The position numbers and the translations under genes were made by a program. The notes beneath the pieces are model-generated. The model searched no databases, was not told where the DNA came from, and worked only from the letters and a program-made list of their open reading frames with translations. Positions 59,117-64,000 of a DNA stretch of 64,000 nt are shown in pieces. Numbering within the stretch: the first letter of the stretch is position 1; every line of letters begins with the position of its first letter. The stretch is from positions 288,001 to 352,000 of the forward strand of contig OZ244960.1 in assembly GCA_965222605.1 (NCBI GenBank). Direction: 5' to 3'. This DNA is from Candidatus Latescibacterota bacterium. GTDB lineage: Bacteria; Latescibacterota; UBA2968.

Positions 59117-59662
59117 ATGAAACATCTGTTATTCACACTCGCAATCGCCTTGCTTTTGGGCAGCAATGCCAGCGCGCAAACGGGTCGAACTGATGGAGCA
59201 GAAGAAAGCGAATTTGGCAAAGGGGGATACCCTTTTAGTGGCTCGAGCCATCGCGTCTATCTCAACACCGCCTTTGGCTCTGGCTTTTTCGACCTGACGG
59301 ACGTCAACAAAACGCGTACGGGATTTCTCTACGGCGTTGAACTCGGCGTCGAAATGGACCAGTGGCTCGGCATTCAGGCGGGCTATAATTATCTTTCCGA
59401 CCGCGATATGTCCATCTTCAGCCTCGGCTCGCGTTTCGCCTACGCCTTTGACCCCTTTGTGTACCACGTCTCCCTCAACGCCGGGCTATACGCGCCCAAT
59501 GAGGGCAGTCGCAACTTTGGCTTGGCACCCGGCGCTGGCATAGACATCGTCCTTCACAAAAGGGTGCGTATCGGACTCGACTACAAACACGACTTTATCT
59601 TCACCGACAACCGCATCACCGACATGGATCGGATTTATGCGGGCCTCAAATTCTTCTTTTGA
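59117..59662 (+). CDS. Small outer-membrane beta-barrel protein
   Basis: Signal peptide, alternating beta strands, C-terminal YAGLKFFF. Confidence 0.75.
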   Translation: MKHLLFTLAIALLLGSNASAQTGRTDGAEESEFGKGGYPFSGSSHRVYLNTAFGSGFFDLTDVNKTRTGFLYGVELGVEMDQWLGIQAGYNYLSDRDMSIFSLGSRFAYAFDPFVYHVSLNAGLYAPNEGSRNFGLAPGAGIDIVLHKRVRIGLDYKHDFIFTDNRITDMDRIYAGLKFFF

Positions 59663-59664
59663 GC

Positions 59665-59710
59665 AAAAAAAGCAAGAGGCGAGAGAGCCAATTAGTCCCT
59701 CGCCTCTTGC
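59665..59710 (-). terminator. Intrinsic terminator between convergent genes
   Basis: GCAAGAGGCGAG...CTCGCCTCTTGC stem with A7 on the plus strand (U tract on the minus strand). Confidence 0.75.
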
Positions 59711-59752
59711 ATCTTAGCCATAGATTACAGCTCCGCGCGATCTCGCGATCAC

Positions 59753-60775
59753 CTATCCAAACACCTCACTCGCGACAAAAGCCATACCCAGCGCAGCGGC
59801 AGAATCGCCCGCGCGCGCCCATTCAAATCGCGTTGAAACAGCCTGAGAATCAAAGGGATTTTTGAGATAGATCGGCCACGACCCCTCCTCAAATCCCTCA
59901 ATCACCCACGCCATATACCGATCGCGAAAAGACGTTTCTGAAAGCCCCCCACCGATTACCACAAGCCCAGGATCGAATAACCGCACCCAATTCGCTATCG
60001 CATAACCCAGAATAAATGCCTGCTCCTTAAAAAGCGACACCGCGAGCGGATCTTCTCTTTCCGCGTAATCGCGGAGTTGATACGCCTTTTCTTCAATTGA
60101 AGCATCAGAAGCATTCAGCGCGTGATCTCTCCATTTATCTCCCGCCAATTCAATCTCAAGCCTGCGTCGCAGTGCCATAAGCGACACCCAGGCCTCCGCG
60201 CATCCCGTCAGACCACACGAACAATCTGGTAACTCCCCATCGGCCTCTCGAAATGGAACCGGAGCATGCCCCACTTCCAGCGCGAGACCATTTGATCCCT
60301 CGTAAATCTGCCCACCAGGCAAAACCAATCCGCCGCCCAGACCCGTTCCAGGCGCGATAAGCAAAAGCCCCGAGTCGCAATCCGGTCGCGTAGCATATTC
60401 ACCCGCCGCCGCTGCATTGCCATCATTTGTCATATACACGGGCACACCCGCACGCGCAGAAAACTTGCCGCGAATATTCGACCCCACCCAATTCGCACCC
60501 AGATTGGCCTGCACCCAAATCACACCGCTGCTGCTCGGCGCGGGCACATCCAGTCCAATACCCGCGATATCCGATTGCCTCATCCCAGCGCGATCCGTCA
60601 ATAACAACAGCGCTTCTTCAAGCTGTTCAAACGTAGCCTCATACCCATCTTTGACGCGGCTCGCCACCTCCACCATATCGCCCAATAAATTGCCAGAAGC
60701 ATCGACGAGAATAGACTTCACGCTCGTCCCCCCGATGTCCAAACCCGCAAAACAGCGCGTATCGCTCGCTCTCAT
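59753..60775 (-). CDS. ROK family sugar kinase
   Basis: GLDIGGT, NDGNAAA.GE, GTGLGGG, EVGH, CSCG..GCAE. Confidence 0.9.
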   Translation of the reverse strand: MRASDTRCFAGLDIGGTSVKSILVDASGNLLGDMVEVASRVKDGYEATFEQLEEALLLLTDRAGMRQSDIAGIGLDVPAPSSSGVIWVQANLGANWVGSNIRGKFSARAGVPVYMTNDGNAAAAGEYATRPDCDSGLLLIAPGTGLGGGLVLPGGQIYEGSNGLALEVGHAPVPFREADGELPDCSCGLTGCAEAWVSLMALRRRLEIELAGDKWRDHALNASDASIEEKAYQLRDYAEREDPLAVSLFKEQAFILGYAIANWVRLFDPGLVVIGGGLSETSFRDRYMAWVIEGFEEGSWPIYLKNPFDSQAVSTRFEWARAGDSAAALGMAFVASEVFG

Positions 60776-60785
60776 AACACCTTCC

Positions 60786-61964
60786 TTATCGCCGTGTAAT
60801 CACAAATAACTGGCGCGTCCCATCCCTGGAAATCGATGGAAAAAGCACCTGATCACTCGTGCGATTCCAGCAGGGCGCGGGATCGCTCCTCAAATCCCCC
60901 GATATCCACTTCCCCTGATCGTATCGCCGAGTTCGCGCCCATGCTCCGTCAGCCATGCGATACATCACATAAACCGTTCCGCGCTTTGGTCCCGAACCAT
61001 TTATGATCCATTGTCCATCTGGTGAAAACGCATTATCTCCGCCAGGCTCTGGAAAAACAGACTGATCCCCCAGAGTCCTCACAATTTTCTGCTCATCGGT
61101 ATCGTACACCACCAGATCATCGGCATTGTGACCGAGAATCTCATGTCCTTCCAACCACTCGGGATGACCGCCAATAAAAATCTTCTGTATTGTCAAATCG
61201 CTGCCATCGGGATTCACGGTAAAAGGCACATTGAGCCGCGCTTCGCGTTTGTTGAACTTGCCCCGCGCATAAAAATAAATTCGATCACCATCCCGGTTCC
61301 ACAGCGTATGGTTGATAAACATCGCCTTGCTTTCAACCCCCGGATGGTAGTCTCGCAGCGCGTCTCCCAATTGGGCGAAAGATACAATTAGCTCTTTTTC
61401 TCCCGTATTCACATCAACCTTAAAAATCCCATCGTCCTCGGGATGCACAACCCCTTCGGTCCAATCCGTCGCGCCGAGATACCCCGTCACCAACCGCAGA
61501 CGCGCCATGCGCGCGTAATTTAATCCCAGAAAATAACCGCCATTTTGCGCCACGCCACTGTTGCCAAAGGAGGTATCCTCATAGCGATATTCGCGAATTC
61601 TTTCGCCTTTGGAAATATCGAATAAGACCGTGAAAACCTTCTGAGTATCCGGATCGCGATCATTAAAGAAAAACTGCGTTTCTGGTGATTCGGGATTCCA
61701 GTAAAACATCGTACCCTGCTGGGGATTCCACCCCTGCGACTGGTCAACCACCTGGATCTCATGATCATTCTCAGTATCGATCAAAATCACATCCGCCGCC
61801 TCGCCAGGCCCGGGCATGCGATCCTGAAAATCATTCCGCAATGCGACGATATAACGACCGCTCTGGTTCCATGGAATGGTCTGCGATTGACCGATATACC
61901 CAAAAAAGTGATGTTTGGGACCATACGTAATCTGCTCAACCCCAAGCCCAAATGAATCTGCCAA
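60786..61964 (-). CDS. Beta-propeller protein (oligogalacturonate lyase/TolB-like), function unknown
   Basis: HHFFGY, WNPQQG, FINH, GHPEW, FSPDG, DPAPCWN; TTG start with GAGGAG Shine-Dalgarno. Confidence 0.65.
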   Translation of the reverse strand: MADSFGLGVEQITYGPKHHFFGYIGQSQTIPWNQSGRYIVALRNDFQDRMPGPGEAADVILIDTENDHEIQVVDQSQGWNPQQGTMFYWNPESPETQFFFNDRDPDTQKVFTVLFDISKGERIREYRYEDTSFGNSGVAQNGGYFLGLNYARMARLRLVTGYLGATDWTEGVVHPEDDGIFKVDVNTGEKELIVSFAQLGDALRDYHPGVESKAMFINHTLWNRDGDRIYFYARGKFNKREARLNVPFTVNPDGSDLTIQKIFIGGHPEWLEGHEILGHNADDLVVYDTDEQKIVRTLGDQSVFPEPGGDNAFSPDGQWIINGSGPKRGTVYVMYRMADGAWARTRRYDQGKWISGDLRSDPAPCWNRTSDQVLFPSISRDGTRQLFVITRR

Positions 61965-61990
61965 TTTATTCTCCTCGTGAATTTTACGGG

Positions 61991-63616
61991 TTAAACCCCT
62001 ATCGCATACCCATCGCGCCTCGGATCTGCGCCGCCCATCAGCGCGCCCGATTCTGCATCCACCACAATACCCTGTGCGCCTCCACAAACGGGGGAATAAT
62101 CGGGCAACACCTTCACATCGTGCCCACGCGCCCTCAGTGCGCGCCGAACAGACTTCGGCATCCGCCTTTCAATCGACACCTGTGTACCCGCAGTTTCTAT
62201 GCGGAACCGAGGTGCTTCAATCGCCGCCTGTATGTTCATGCCGTAATCCAGCACATTGGTCAAAAACTGCACCGATGTTTGTTGAATCCCCCAGCTTCCC
62301 GGTGTACCCAGCGCAGAAAAAAGCGCGCCATCTCGAAATACCAGCATCGGCGACAGGCACATATCCACTTTTTTGTGGGGCGCAATACAATTTGGGCTAT
62401 CGGGCACAAGATCGCCCCATCGAATAAAATTGTTCAAAAACATGCCCGTATTGCCCATCATCACCCCCGACCCAAAACCCGATCCCAAACTCTGAGTAAT
62501 AGCAACCGCATTGCCATCGCCATCGACCACATCGAAATGCGTCGTGCATTCATTGAGCCAGGCCGTTGGATCGCCCGGTTCAATCTCGCCCGGCAATTTC
62601 GTCGCCGGATACCACTCGCCCCGATGCACACCCGCCCGATTTCCGATCATCTTTCGGCGTTCTGCCGCATAGCCCTTGGCAAGCAATCCTTCGACCGGAG
62701 CTTGCGGGACGGCCGCGTATTCTATCCGATCCGCATTGCCCAACTTCACGGCTTCAATGAACAGGTGAAGCGCCTGCTCCGAGTGGTGTTCCATCTCCGC
62801 CAGATCGTATCCCTCCAACATATTGAGCGTCTCGAGAATCTGAAACCCTGCGCTCGGTGGCGGCGGACAAAATACCTCATAGCCGCGATAAGTCGTCACC
62901 AATGGATCGACCCATTCGGGTTCAAAATCCGCCAGATCGCGCTCGGACAACCAGCCCCCTTCTCCCTGAATATATCCCGCCATTTCGCGCGCGAGATCGC
63001 CCCGATAAAAAACCTCCGCTCCCCCTTCAGCAACCCGCCGAAATGTTCGCGCCAAATCCTTTTGAATTAGAATTTCACCCGGCAGAGGTCCGCGCCCACG
63101 CGACAGAATAACGCGTTCAGCCCTGTCGTTCATCTTCCCACCACTGGTCATCGATTGACTATTCTTCACCGTCACAGCATACCCGTTCTCCGCCAGTTCA
63201 ATCGCAGGTGCAAATACTTGTGCTGGTGCCATCGTGCCATAGCGTTCCAACAATTCCAACCAGCCACCACAAGCACCCGGGGTCAAACACGAACGCGGCC
63301 CAGCATCTTTATCCGCCGGACTATCAAACAACTCGGCACGCGCTTGATACGGTGTTCGCCCACAATAATCCAGGACGCGCCTGTGGTCGTTTTTTGCATC
63401 GTACACAATCGCATAGCCCACCCCCGCAATACCAGACATATAGGGTTCAACAACATTGAGCGCGGCAGCAACCGCAACCGCAGCATCAAACGCATTGCCC
63501 CCTTCAAGCAACATCCGCACGCCGGATAGCGCAGCCTGCGGATGTGCGCACGCAACCATACCGCGCGTGCCCGTAACCGTTGGTCTGTGTGTCACACCAT
63601 GTGTTGAAAAAGCCAT
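61991..63616 (-). CDS. ggt: Gamma-glutamyltransferase family protein
   Basis: GGNAFDAAVA, EPYMSG, CTTHFDVVD (nucleophile Thr), GTPG, GADPRRDG. Confidence 0.92.
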   Translation of the reverse strand: MAFSTHGVTHRPTVTGTRGMVACAHPQAALSGVRMLLEGGNAFDAAVAVAAALNVVEPYMSGIAGVGYAIVYDAKNDHRRVLDYCGRTPYQARAELFDSPADKDAGPRSCLTPGACGGWLELLERYGTMAPAQVFAPAIELAENGYAVTVKNSQSMTSGGKMNDRAERVILSRGRGPLPGEILIQKDLARTFRRVAEGGAEVFYRGDLAREMAGYIQGEGGWLSERDLADFEPEWVDPLVTTYRGYEVFCPPPPSAGFQILETLNMLEGYDLAEMEHHSEQALHLFIEAVKLGNADRIEYAAVPQAPVEGLLAKGYAAERRKMIGNRAGVHRGEWYPATKLPGEIEPGDPTAWLNECTTHFDVVDGDGNAVAITQSLGSGFGSGVMMGNTGMFLNNFIRWGDLVPDSPNCIAPHKKVDMCLSPMLVFRDGALFSALGTPGSWGIQQTSVQFLTNVLDYGMNIQAAIEAPRFRIETAGTQVSIERRMPKSVRRALRARGHDVKVLPDYSPVCGGAQGIVVDAESGALMGGADPRRDGYAIGV

Positions 63617-63737
63617 AAAACTGCTCCTGAAGGTTTGATTACCGCACTCAATAGGCCGAATTAAGATCGGAATAATCTACATCCAGCAGGATAAATTGGC
63701 AACCATAGAGTCATAGCGATTGTCGTTGCAGAATCTA

Positions 63738-63766
63738 TTGCTCCATTTATCGCACCAACGTATATT
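63738..63766 (+). promoter_or_regulatory. sigma70-type promoter
   Basis: TTGCTC-N17-TATATT upstream of the M20 gene. Confidence 0.5.
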
Positions 63767-63821
63767 GCGCTATCCGCTATCACATTCATCCATGTTCGAA
63801 TCAAATCTGGGAAGACACCTT

Positions 63822-64000
63822 ATGGACCCTGTACAACTCACGCGCGAATTTGTATCCTTCAACTCGACCAGCTATTTGAGCAATGTCGATTGCTCAAACG
63901 CCATGGCAGAAAGAATGCGCGAAGCCGGTCTCACGGTAGAACACATTCCCTACACAGACCCCAATGGCGTACCCAAACTGAATCTCGTCGGGAAAAAAGG
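63822..64000 (+). CDS. M20 family metallopeptidase (ArgE-like), partial
   Basis: Manual translation MDPVQLTREFVSFNSTSYLSN...YTDPNGVPKLNLVGKK; runs off the window edge. Confidence 0.7.
   Translation, partial: MDPVQLTREFVSFNSTSYLSNVDCSNAMAERMREAGLTVEHIPYTDPNGVPKLNLVGKK

Overview
Bacterial chromosome window of about 50% GC. RpoB/RpoC signatures point to the FCB superphylum, probably a Latescibacterota/Gemmatimonadota-like lineage (inference). Layout: (1) 1-12.6 kb, minus strand: tRNA-Tyr/Gly/Thr/Trp, secE, nusG, rplKAJL, rpoBC, rpsL, rpsG and the start of fusA; tuf and rpmG are missing from the cluster, and the RpoB rifampicin pocket and S12 DLPG loop carry unusual residues. (2) 12.8-17.3 kb: a TIM-barrel isomerase, then plant-type threonine synthase and plant-type cystathionine gamma-synthase, the latter behind a SAM-II riboswitch with two tandem terminators. 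(3) 17.4-26.3 kb: a decaying defence/toxin-antitoxin island with HEPN/Abi genes, a frameshifted IS256 that truncates both neighbours, a truncated WD40 gene, a MITE-like repeat and an attC-like site. (4) 26.3-44.9 kb: one tightly packed minus-strand run with a PVM-like bacterial microcompartment (PduL, 2 BMC-H, 3 BMC-P, aldehyde dehydrogenase, class II aldolase), then sulfatase, MFS, acetate kinase, an enolase-family dehydratase, GldG, DUF4340 and batABCDE. (5) 45-56 kb: a surface-glycan locus including a WecA/MraY-methyltransferase fusion. (6) 56-59.7 kb: a COG3014-lpoB-OMP operon with sigma54 and IHF sites. (7) 59.7-64 kb: ROK, beta-propeller, gamma-glutamyltransferase and a partial M20 enzyme. 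All family calls come from motif recognition by eye; no database searches were run.
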